From Camelus ferus (taxonomy: Eukaryota): a DNA stretch of 64,000 nucleotides. The notes below the pieces were generated by a model. The model saw only the letters and a list, made by a program, of their open reading frames with translations, was not told the DNA's origin and ran no database searches. Location of the stretch: contig NC_045725.1 in NCBI RefSeq assembly GCF_009834535.1, forward strand, positions 2,790,001 through 2,854,000, read 5' to 3'. This document shows, one piece after another, positions 1-11,371 of this stretch (its first letter is position 1; each line of letters opens with the position of its first letter). A program made the translations under genes and the position numbers.

Positions 1-1704
1 GAACGTGCACTGGAGGAGCAGCAGCATAAGGATGCTCAGAGTCTAACGTCACGTGTATGTTTTAAACACCAAATAGCTGCAAACTGCAGAAGATGTGATG
101 TTCATGCACGTGTGTCATAAAAGTGCAAACTCCTGGGTGGGAGTGAGGCACACACAGACTTGAGGAGACTGGTTATTTCTGGGAGGAAAGAAGGGGAAAG
201 AGATGAAGGGGTTTGGCTTTGTGTCGGAACAGGTTTGAGCTTGGAACCCCGCTTAGAACATCTTGAAGCTCCTCTTTTGGAATTGCCTTCAAAACAGACA
301 ACAGCAAAGTCCATCATTTTTCACTTAAAACAAAAATGATGGACTTCATCAATCTAGCCTGTCCCTGAGAAGACAAAGACGGGCCACTGCCAGAAACAAA
401 GGATCAGGTGTCCCAACTCATGACTATTTCTAAAAAGAGTAAAAATCTCTACAAAATCCAGACACACAGAACCACTTTTTTCAGCTCAGATCACACGTGA
501 CGGATCTACAAAGCATTAAGAAAAAGGCCAATAAATGCATAGAGAACAACGGTTCCAGGCCACGATCAGATAATTCACGTAAAAGGAATTAATAGTGTGG
601 AAAGAATCCCAACTCACTCGTCATGAAAGCTGTGCTGAGAACTTGCTTCTCCTCTCAGACCCGCACGTCGGGAGCCGATGACACCGTGCGACAGATCCTT
701 AAGCAGGCAACTCGGCCATATTTATCAATACGACATATGGACTGCGGGGTTCGCCAACCAGCCCGGAACACGGAGGGCAGGGAGAGCCCGGAAAGAGGAG
801 GCGCGGCACACGGTGGGCGGCAGGTGTCAAGGCTGGTCTCCGGGCCGACCCGGCAGAGTCTGAGCGTTTATCCGGAGGCCTCAGAGGGGTCCGGACACGC
901 ACTCAGTCCAGGGATCTCAACACGACAGCCCCCTCGCAAGGCTGCGGCCCTGACCGTGGTTCCCACCGAGCGCGGGGGCCAGAACGCACGTCCCACGGAC
1001 AGAGAGGGGTGAGGAGCCTCTGACAGCCCGGGGCCAGCTGGCAGGTCAGCCTGCAGTCACGTCCTCTCCACAACCCGATGACCTCACCCAAAACACGCCT
1101 CTGACCCAGCGGCCCCCCCACGAACCCATTTCCGCGTGTGAATGTAAATTACCAAAGTTTACTTCAAACATATGCTGTTACCTCTTTCAGAAAGCATTTA
1201 CGGAGTGTTCACAAACGCTGCCCCGAATTTTTCCTCTCATGACAATGAAGAGAGAGACATAAACAAATAAAAAGACCAGCCAGAAATTCTAAATAATAGA
1301 GCAAAATTATAGGGGTCTTGGTTATATAACACTTTCCCGTTCTTCCTCTTTTTTCTATTTTTGTTTTCTGGTTTCATACGCAAAGGGTCTCCAGGCATTT
1401 TCTGACTAACTCAGGATTGCTGGGTGGGGGAATCAGAAAGCCACTCAAATCAGCGCAGGTAAAACGGGGTTTTCGGAAAAGACATGGATGAATGACCTAG
1501 AAACAAAGGCTGTAATGCAGCTGGCCCCCAAGGGGAGTGGGCATTTCTTGAAAATGCGTCTGTGTTTTCTTTGGCTCTGGGTCAGGCGACCACCCCCGCC
1601 CCCTCCATCTTGCAGACGGCCCCTCCTCTCCTCCCTCCTGATGGGCCTCCCCTATCAGTTCTTCTTTTTTGTATATATATAATCAATCAATCTTTATTTG
1701 GCTA

Positions 1705-2140
1705 TATTTGATTTAAAATGAGGGTAATTATGGAGAGAAAAAGAGTATGTTTCAGTGAATATTAAATTCTAGTTTTGTTAATTGAGGTCTGTGTTTACTA
1801 AGACTCAATTCTCAGCCCATTCCTTGCTGTTTTATTATTGCCAAGTTTAACTGAATTATTAAAAGGACATTCTAGGTTCGTTTCTGAAGCTCAGTAATCC
1901 ATCCTTGGATGAAGATCAGATGCCCCATGACTTGCAGCCCGGGGATTACATATACTGGAACAGACATGACTTGAACTAGCTCCAAGCTAGATGGAAGGAC
2001 CCTTTATCAGGTACCCTTAACTGGACCATGAACCATGAAACCAAAGAAAATTGACTCTGGGATTAATTTCCACTCAGAAAGGGCCCCTGCCTGGGCCTGG
2101 CCTGCAGAGAGGATGGCTGCACCTTACAATTCCGCCTTCA
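1705..2140 (+). mobile_element. ERV1 (MER4-group-like) internal remnant including decayed pol/integrase C-terminus
   Basis: 1926-2022 translates HDLQPGDYIYWNRHDLN*LQARWKDP(+1 frameshift)YQVPLT, followed by KKIDSGIN. This matches the class I ERV pattern QPGD.V...L.PRWKGPYQVLLT...IDSWIH. The flanking AT-rich sequence (TAAAATGAGGGTAATTATGGAGAGAAAA) resembles MER4-group internal sequence from memory. Confidence 0.7.
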
Positions 2141-4594
2141 CCTGCTTTGTGGGGCCACTCTGTATCCCTGCATACCTGTCACCACCAGAGCTGGTCGTGG
2201 TAGGGCTTCCCCAGGCCGAGGAAGGGCTACACCTGGGGGAGGTGCATCTCCCTCCCCCGCTGCTCTTGGCAGATCAGCTGGGTGGTCCAGGGGCTGCGGA
2301 TGGTGAGGCCAGGCCGGGTGTGGGGGTGGGGATCCAGGGCAGCAGGAAGCTGGATCCACATGTCGTCTACAGAACCCCAGGTACCAGCAGAGCTGGATGT
2401 TTTCTTCCGTTGTGTATGTAAATATTTAGAAGTTATTACGTATTTCCCTGCAAATACAACCTCATCCTGCCTCCCCTGTAACTTTTTATTAGCTAACCAT
2501 TATCTCCAGCGTAAATGTCAGAGCTCTGAACCTCAATGGTCTTCCCTCCCCTCACCTCTCCACCCTTACTCCATGGCACTCCCCTCCCCCTCTGGACCCT
2601 CCCCCAGTTTCCAGAACTTCCTAGAGCCTGCAGTTAGTCTTTGACCCCTTAGCACCTTCATGTCACATACATTACACTGAGGTTTTTTTTTACATTTTTA
2701 AAAGCATTTGCGGTCGGGTCTATTCCGGATCTAACTGGGATGCAGGACAAAAGACTGCAGGCAGCACAGTGACCCCACGTGGAGCCTGCCCCCACACTGG
2801 CACCCCAAGAGCTGGGCCACCCCGAGCTTTCCTCTGTCCTCGTGAAGTTGGATCAGGGAGGACCCAAAACCCAGGCATCCAGAATGAAAACAGCGAAGAG
2901 CCTCCTGTCATTTACCTCTCCTGGTGGCTTGCATCTTCTCAGAATTAAAGCTTTGAAATAAAGTTAGGATGTTAGAATGTTGGCATTTCCATCATTAGCC
3001 AGTAGAGAATTGCTCTCATTGGGAAGGCAGGAGAGTGCCTTTCAAAGGCCTCCAAGTTCAAACCACAGTCTGCCTTCGTGGATGGCTGACCTTGGCTGTA
3101 CTCGGGCTGTCGAAGTGTATGTCGCAGAGATGAATAAGCTGAATTTTTCATAAAGCTGGCTGTTACTGCATCCGCCAAGGCAGGGCTTCGGAACTGTACA
3201 TCACCGCCTATCTCATATGAATTTCCACAACAGGCCGGCAATAATTCAATAATTTGTGTAGAACAACATTTGAAATTCGGCTTTTTATGTGTATTTTTTA
3301 TAACAGTCAACAGAAAACTGATTGCATCCCTCCAAGGGAAGAGTAATTAGGCATTTTAAGGAAGTTCAGAGGCACACATTAGCACAGAAAACCCATCACT
3401 CCCCAGTGTCAGGCACACACATCTCCGAGGCCTCTGCAGAGTCCTTTATCTTTCAGCTCCTCCAAATGCTGCTTCTTAAAAGCATCCAGATGTCTCTCCT
3501 AAAGGCAATTCTTTCTTTAAGTTCATAAAGAGTCAGAGACAAAGGAAAAACACATTCTAACATTTGTATGTTTGTCCTCCGGCAATATAAGTTAAACATT
3601 AAATTGCATTTCAACTCTAAAAGCCGTTAGGAAAAAGGGACCATGTATAACTTTGGTCAGTGACGTTCAGAAATCCACAGTGGTCAAGACAGGCTGCACA
3701 AGTCCTGCGATTTTCTCCTGCGACACTGTCAGTGCCCCCGGCACGGGGAAGCGTCCTTGTCTAGGCCGGGGCGTCCAGGAGTCCCAGCACTACCCTGGAT
3801 GTTGCTGTGAAGACACGGTGTAGACCTGACTAGCACCTCCCATCGGCCGAGCTCCCCCGTGATCACGTGGGGGACTCAGCCCGTCAGTTAGAGGCCGTCG
3901 GAGCCAGAACTGAGGTTTATTGGAGAAAAGCTGTCCTGTTGCTTCTGGCCGCTTGAGTCACTCAGGCAGTTTGTTTAGGACCCTGGGGTTAAGGCTTGAA
4001 AAAGCCGATTTAATCATCCACCAGCTAAGACGGCACATCCGAACACATTCACAGAGCTTTAGCCCTGCAGCAGCTGTCCAGCGTGGCGTGGGGTTAGCCC
4101 CTGGTGTGGGGGGAAGGAGTACTAGTCAGGGGTCTTCAGAGAAACAGGACTGATGGGAGGAGGGCATCTCTGTCCCCTGTCAAGCAATTTCTTTCAAGGA
4201 CTGGATCACGGATGGAGAGGGCTGGTAGGTCTAAACTTTGTAGGGTTGGGCCCTCAGGCCGGCAATCAGGCAGGAGCTGGGGATGCAGTCCCACCAGCGG
4301 TGCCCGGGGCGTCCCCTCCTGCACGTCCTTGTGACACCTGCTGTCTCTGTCCTGTCCACGATGCCTCCCTGCGTCTTCCAGGCCTGCCTGCTCGCCCACG
4401 GGAGGTAACAAAGTACTTGTCTGCTGGTGTTTCAAGACGACATGAACCGGCGTGTGTAAGACCCGCGAACACCCACTTCCCTCCACGCTGAATGGTAAGC
4501 ACCGCCCTCTAGCACTTGCTGCCTGGTGCTCTGTCATCGAGTGGTCCATTTCCACCTTTTTAAAGTGAATCTGGTCCTGTTTTTCTCTCTGTGA

Positions 4595-4970
4595 CTTCGT
4601 TAGTTTGTCTCCTAGGACCGCCATCTCAAAGTACCACAAACCAGGTAGCTGAAAACAACAGAAACTACTCTCCTGCAGTCCTGGAGCTGAAGTCTGACGT
4701 CAAGGTGTGGGAGGGCCGGCGCGCCCCTGAGCCTCCAGGGCAGGGTCCTTCCTGCATCTTCCTGGCTCCAGTGGCCCCAGAGCCTTGGCATGTGGCCTCA
4801 TGGTCCAGGTCCCGCCTCCCCTCCACCGCGCTCCTCCTGTCTGTCTTGGGAGGACACCCGTGGTGTTGGACCGGGGCCACCCCAGGGACCTCATCTCAAC
4901 TCGATCACACCTGCAAAGATCCTGTTTCCGAAAAAGGTCCTATCGCAGGCACCTGGTAGGAGCGGGACAA
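4595..4970 (-). mobile_element. MaLR LTR (MLT1-type)
   Basis: TTAGTTT...CAAAGTACCACAAACCAGGTAGCTGAAAACAACAGAAA...GTCAAGGTGTGGGAGGGCC...CTGCAAAGATCCTGTTTCC resembles the reverse complement of the MLT1 consensus. Confidence 0.75.
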
Positions 4971-7559
4971 GGCTTTCTGGGGACACAGTGCACCCCCAGC
5001 GGTGAGCTGTTCTCAGCAGAAAGGACGCTTCACCACCAGGGCAGTAAAGTGCGTGTGATGGAGGGGGCAGCGGGCAGGGGGCGCTAGAGGGCAGCGCCGC
5101 CTCAGCTCCCAGCTCCAGGGGGGCGGGGGGGGGGACCAGCCTCAGCTCTCACCGAATTTCCTGTTTCCACCCCACCGGGCTCCACGGGCCGCCCTGCCTC
5201 GTGAACCATATGCTTGTCAGCGCGGACGAGCCCTGAGAGCGCAGCAGGGGTGTTGAAAACAAGCCGTTCACGGCTGGGGTCTCCCGGGGAAACAGAAATC
5301 CTAGGAGCAGCTGGAGTGGGAGGGCTGTGTCAGTCGGACGTGTACACCCTGCCCAGCAAATACACTGAATCCAGAGCACTTTCCTGTAGTTGAGTGACTT
5401 GGATCTTACGGAAAGCTGTCTGCTTTCATTTTTATTAATAAAATGAGGGAGCTATTGGTAAAGGAAAGTACTATGTATATGTGTGTACCGTTTGTAAAGC
5501 AGTTTGTATAAAAACTATCAACAAATTGATGGTAGAAAAATGTGTGGAAGGTTTGTTTGTTTGTTTTTTTTCCCCTGCGTAACCAAAGTCATACGAATCT
5601 CCTTTCCTTTCTTTTTTTCCTGGATAAAAAGAAGTGACAAATGGCTTTTGTGGGGGGAAGAGGGGGTGTGTGTGTGAACGTACGTGTGTGCTTGTCTAGA
5701 AGCCTCCCTCAAGTATCTTCCTTGTTTACATAACTTTTCTGTGTTGTACTTCCTGGATTTCATGATGCACCTAATTCTCTTGCAATCGTGACCACAGCAG
5801 AGTCTGTCTAATTATTAATTGGAATTTACAGTAAATCAACCCTCAGTAGTGTACAAGTGGATCGTCTACTCTGGGGCCGTCACCAGAAACTGTTCATTAC
5901 AAACCAGAGATGAAAATGAAGCTCAGGTCTCTTCTAAGCAAAAGGGAAATCTGTTGACGAAGGAATTTTTAAAAAACCCAAAATGCATGTAGTCTGATCT
6001 CCTGGGATTTAATTGTATTAATTCACTTACTTCCTTTAGTTTGGGTAATTTGGAGTTTAATTGGACTGAACACAAGTTCACTGAGTGTGTATCACGCATT
6101 AAACTTTGTGCTTCTTGCTACAACATGAAAGGCCGAAGGTTGCTGTCCTTGTGAACCGTGCGGTGAGAGATGGACGGGAGGCCGATGACTTCCTGAGAGA
6201 CATTGAAGAGACGGTGAGGCTTGGATCATTTATCCTTTATTTGTCAAAACAGCCCCTTTTAATTCTAATCAGCAAACTGAATCTCTGTCATTTTGCCCAA
6301 AGATGCACGGTCACCTTCGTGTGACATGTGACCTGCCCCTCCGAGGGGAAGCGCCCACCTGGCTCCTCCACCCTGGGTCCTTCCCTGGGGCAGGAAGGAC
6401 CGGATGTCACTAACACTGGACCTTCCAAATGCCCACCCATCGCTTTATTAAATTGTGTTCCTTATTCCCTCATGTATATTTTTCTCAAAGTACCCATGAA
6501 TTTGGGGCCAAAATATATGCATGGTGGGATTTCATAAATCTTTAAAAAGAGGTTTTAACTGGAGCTTGGTGAACATGACCTTTGCAGAGAGCACTGTTGG
6601 CCTGTGTGAAGTTTCTACACAGCATGAAAGAGAACACTGCTGTTTCCAGGGGGCCTGGATTCCCCAACACCCAGCCTTCACTGCTGTGTGCAGGGCACAA
6701 GACCCAGTCTTCCAGAATCCCAGTCACCTGGGAAGACGCAGATACATTTGGCAGGAGAAGCCGTTTGTGATACTAAAACCGGCATCCAAATGGGACCCAG
6801 GATGGCCTGAGCTTTAAGTAATATGGGGTGGGGGTAAGTAAGAGTGTCATGAGTCCAGGGACCAGGAGGTCCTGGCTGGAGTCACTGCCCAGCGCGCCCT
6901 TGGGTTCCTCTGGCTCCCTGACTCCCACCCGTCTACGCTTTGCTGTAAGTGAGCTGAAGGCCGGTGGGGCGGGGGGGCAGAAAGCCTGAAAACAGACAAA
7001 CCTCTCTTCCGCACAGGCTGCGTCCCTCCTCTGCTGCCTCCTGACCTCCCATCTCTAACTCTCGAAACCCCGGGCCAGTCTTCCCTGAGCAAAGGGTCAG
7101 ATATTGTGACCGTGGACACACTTCTCTTAGAATCACCAGCATCGCATCGAGGTGGCTAGATCCCCGGGTCTGTGAGGGCGGCTGGTTGGGGCAGGCGGCC
7201 CTGAACCCACACCAGGAGTTGGCTCTCCCAGCCCAGGACAGCCGGCCCAGGGGACAAGGGCTGAGTTTCTCCGGGCACCACACTTCCCTGCTCCTGATAA
7301 ACTGTGCGGGTCCCGCGGGCTCCTGGGAAGCGTCCAGGTCAGTTCCCTGACGCGGAAGCCTAGTCGTCGTCGGGGGGCGCCAGCAGCTGGGCCAGCTTCT
7401 CTCCTTGCCCCCTGCTTTTCCACCATCAGGAGGAAAAGGCCGAGAATCCAGGAGAAAGGACCATCTGACTGTGTGTGCAGGTGACTAATGTCCAAACAAC
7501 AGGCTCCCTTTGGACCAAGAGGATGACACCGACCACAAGCCAACAGACAGATGCTTCAG

Positions 7560-8900
7560 AGGCCGCAGGACCCGGGTCCGCCTCCCCCTTCGGCGCGTTT
7601 TCGGGTCTGTTCCGCGCGCGCTTTGCCTGCCTCCGGGGGACGCGTGTGCCCTCCAGCGGAGCACCTGCCTGTGTGCGGGGGGGGGGCCTGCAGGGCGCCC
7701 CTGGTTTCTCAGGCGGCCAGGCTTTGCCGAGGGCCGAGCCCTGAACCCGGAGTCGGCGGCGCGGATTGGGACGGGCGGCCGCGCCCTGGCCCCGGGGGTC
7801 CGCGCGGCGGAATGGGGCGTGGAGCAGGTGCTGTCGCGGGTCCCTCCCAGCGCGCTCGGGCGGGGGCAGTTCGGAAGCTAAGCCGCGAGCGACGAGCAGC
7901 GGTCCTGCCCCCCGGAGCACGGGCCCGCCTCCCGGCGCTGGCCCTGCACGCGGTGCCGCGTGCGCCCGGAGCTCGCGCGGCGCGGCGGGCTGGCGGCGGC
8001 GGCGGCGGCGGGCGGGGCGGGCTCGGCTCCCGCGGGCCGTGCGTACCTGGCGCGCAGGAAGCCGGAGGCGGGGGAGAGAGGCGGGGCGCCCTGCCCTCCG
8101 AGCAGCCGCCGTCAGTCGCCGCCGCCGCCGCCGCCGCGCACCAGCGAGGACGAGCCTGCGGCCCCGGCGGCCCGCAGCCCCGACCCGGAAGGTGGCGCCC
8201 GGGACCCCGCGCTGCCCGCGCTTGGGGCCCGGGCGGCGGGGAAGAGGCCTGGACCCCGCGGCGCCCCTCGACCTGGGAGCAGCGAGCGCAGCGCGGTGGG
8301 TGAGCCTCGCTGGGGTGCGGGCGGCGCCTTTGTCTGCGCCCGGGGAGCGGGACCGCGGGGCGCGGGGCTCCCCTGGGCAGCGGCGCGGGTGGCGGCAAGT
8401 GGCAGCCCGGCCCGGGTGGGCGCGGGTCCGGACGCCGGTCCGGAGCGGCGGGGCTGCACCCGACGGCTGTCCAGGTGTGGGCTCCGGACAGGGGTCGCGG
8501 GAAGAGCACGGGTGGGGGTGCGGGTGTAGTTTAGGGGTGGGAGGTGACAAAGGTCAAAGAGGCCGCTCTGGGTGGTGCGGGGACGGGGCTGGTGGCGAGC
8601 TTTCGGGCAGGCGGGGTCCCCGCCAACTTAAGAACACACCTGGAGCCGAGCAGACGACCCCTGCCGCCCCCCCCCCCCACACGAAAGCTAGTTTCCCTCT
8701 GAGCGCCTGAGGGCGGCGACAGGCGACTCGCCTGGCTTCCGCCTTCGCAAGGCCTGTTCCGACTCGGGCCGCGCCGCCTGCGCCCACCTGCGCCCACCTG
8801 CGCGCCTGGCGCCAAGACCGGCGGCGCGGGCCCCTCCTGGGCGGGCGTGAGGCCCTCTGGGCCCGGCACCAGGACTGGTGGTCCTGAGGGTGCCATGTGC
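7560..8900 (+). promoter_or_regulatory. MBP: CpG island; probable Golli-MBP major promoter (tss1)
   Basis: Very high GC and CpG density, GC boxes (GGGGCGGG at ~8014 and ~8091), (GGC)6 and (GCC)6 runs, and an Inr-like TCAGTC at 8112-8117. It lies upstream of Golli exon 2 on the same strand. Confidence 0.75.
8114..8299 (+). other. MBP: Probable non-coding Golli exon 1
   Basis: Runs from the Inr-like TCAGTC to a strong donor GTGG|GTGAGC (GT at 8300-8301) and contains no ATG. Golli exon 1 is known to be non-coding and CpG-island associated. The 5' end is inferred. Confidence 0.6.
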
Positions 8901-10669
8901 CCTGCAGGGTTCTGCTGGTGCCCAGGTGGCTCTAGGTCCCTGTGGGATGCTGGTGGCACCGCGTCGTTTCTTTTAGGGTCTACTTTCTCCGTCCGTTCCA
9001 GAAGGTGGAGTAGGGTAGGGAAAACTAAGTTTCTTTAGGGATCTCAGGAAGACTGGGCAGGAAGTAGGGACGTCTTGGCTCCCGGTTCTCCGTTTCCCAG
9101 TTGCGACGTGAGAATCAGCAGCATGTGTTGGCTTTATTTCTGCGTCCGTGGAAGGCACGTGGGATAGCTCGGATGTGTTGGGAGGGGGGAGGGGTGTGAA
9201 CCTGGTTGCGGGTGGGGGGGGTTGCTGGCCATCCTGTCCACGGGCACCCACACCCGGGCTAGAAAGAGTTTTTCAGAGGAAAGGAACTTTAGAGTGTGTC
9301 TTATTTAAGATCTGTAGCTTTTGGAGATCTTAGCACCCCCCTCCCTCCAGCTCAGGGGGACATTTTACAGAATGTGGCCCACAAGTCAGGGACCACCCTG
9401 AATTGGGCTCAGTCCTGCACCCCTGCTCACTGGCAGGCCACCTCTGAGTGCTGGAGGCCTCCACGGACATGGGGTTTGGGGACAGAGCAGTTCCTCAGGG
9501 AAGGGTTGGCCCATGACCTGCAAGGGGACCGCAGCCTAAACCTGTGTTTTCCCAACCTGGAGAGGCGCCCCTCGGCAGTTGGATTTTTTAAAGTGGAGTA
9601 AACTAAAACCTGAAGGAAAGGAACCTAGCAAAAAATTATTATGAAATGTCAGTTCCCAGTGTTCTGAAATGACTGCCTTTATTAACTCAGGGTTAAACAA
9701 GAGCTATTTGGCTCAAATCCACTTTCAAATTCTTTCTAAAGTATCACATTTCTGCCCAGAGATAAGAACTTTTCAGAAAAGTTATTTGTTCTGTGGGCTT
9801 GGCGTTGAGTCTGTCCACCCTGGTTTCGGTCGGGGATGGCTCGGGCCGCGTGCCCTGGTGGAAGGCATCAGCTGAAAGTGAAAAAGAGAAGAGACCAGCC
9901 TCTTCTGTGACTTCTCTAGTTCATCCTGAATTTTTAAATGTTAATTGGAGGTTATGTTGTTTGACTTTCAGTTTCTCTCGTGCGTCTTTAAACATTTGGC
10001 ACCATACACACACCTGTCTCCGTACCTTCTCTGTCCCAGCACCCAGGCAGTGTTTTGACCACTTGCAAAGTGCCGGCCTGTCTTCCGAGGGCGATGCATC
10101 ACCTCGTTAAGAGTCACGATGCGCTGGGATACCCTCCTTTGATAGAAATACCCTATCGGTGCTCTCGTTTGTAGTGACTAAGAAACCAAGGCACACTGAG
10201 GCCGAGAGGCGCACAGAACTCCATCCCGGGACTCTGCCTCCAGCCCCTCGGTGCTGCCCTGCAGGGTGAACAGGACACCTTGCAAACCCCACAGAGCAGC
10301 CTTGCATTTTTTAAAAATTCCATGGCTGAGGAGTAGCCACACCCAACAAAACATGCTTCCTCTTCAGGATGACTGGACCACGAGGCTGCTGTCAGGTCAC
10401 TGTTAGTCATCCTCCCCTTAACTTCCTCTGTGAAGTTGTCCACAAAGAAGGAAAGACAGCTTGCTAATTCCTCAGTATGGTTTTTGGTACGTAGTCCTTA
10501 GGCAGTAGGACACTTCGACTGGCCCATCAGAGCCACTGCAGGACGCTTAAGTCAGCCTGAGTTTGGGGCCCCAGGAGCTGGTTTTAGCGCAGCAGAAGTT
10601 ACCCACAGGGAGACCCTGATGGTCCCACTCAGCAGAGATGCTGATGGAGCAGATGTCAGTCCTCCTGAG

Positions 10670-10870
10670 TGTGTAGATCGGGTTCAGCCAGAGAAACAGA
10701 ACCAGTAAGAGAGACACATGAGTGACTCATCACGGGGAGCTGGGGCTGGAGGGGCCAGCCAGACAGGAGGCTGGAACTCTCAGGTGTGAGCTGAAGCCAC
10801 GTCCAGAGGTAGAATCACCCTCTCATTCTGACCAGGAGTAACCACTGATGCCTCTTCTGAAGCTTTTAGC
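10670..10870 (-). mobile_element. ERVL LTR fragment (MLT2-type)
   Basis: TGTGTAGATCGGGTTCAGCCAGAGAAACAGAACCAGTAAGAGAGA matches the reverse-complement MLT2 terminus. Confidence 0.6.
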
Positions 10871-11214
10871 AATATCTCAGAATCAATAACTCTAAAAAAT
10901 TCATAAATACGGATCCAGGTTCTGAGAGCTCCACTGAGTAGGGGTGAGGCTCTGTTGTTAAGAAATAGGTGGCTACCAAGGGAATGCGGGTAAACAGACG
11001 CTGGTGGGAGGTATGAAACACGGTAGAATTCAGTAATGTAAAACAAGCCACCCAACAGAAAAAGCTGTGGGAGCACAGGCAGGCCTGGAAGAGAATGGGC
11101 TAATAAAACACAGGAAGATGTCTAACCTGGGACGATTTTTCATGTCCATCATCCTGGTAAAATTGTTGAACTTCTGACTATACCGAGTCTCGGGGAAGAT
11201 ATGAAGAAGTCAGA

Positions 11215-11370
11215 ACTCACATTATGGCGCGTGGGAGTGTAAACAGACATTTCAGAGAACAATCCAGAAAAGCTGAAGATGGACAGTCCCAGTGACCTGG
11301 TGAGTTCACGCCCAAGTGCTCCCGCCCGGGAGAGCCTGGGCAGAGGTGGGTCACAGAAGCAATTTTCTGA
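11215..11370 (+). mobile_element. Old L1 (L1ME-like) fragment abutting the antisense L1
   Basis: GTGGGAGTGTAAAC...AGAAAAGCTGAAGATG...TGACCTGG resembles the L1 ORF2 end/3' UTR motif. Confidence 0.4.
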
Positions 11371-11371
11371 A

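Noticed and set aside
620-1130. Moderately CpG-rich patch with short ORFs near the window start
   Set aside because: No clear promoter, splice or repeat signature that I can support.
7960-8299. Exon-1 open frame as an N-terminal extension of Golli
   Set aside because: After splicing 8299>30113 it is out of frame with the Golli ATG, and the Golli frame has TGA at 30117-30119 upstream of the ATG. Exon 1 has no ATG.
7426-8710. Long overlapping ORFs on both strands in the first CpG island (374, 314, 266, 250 and 189 aa)
   Set aside because: Arg/Pro/Gly/Ala low-complexity products in several frames at once, mostly with non-ATG starts, are typical of stop-poor CpG islands. No recognisable domain.
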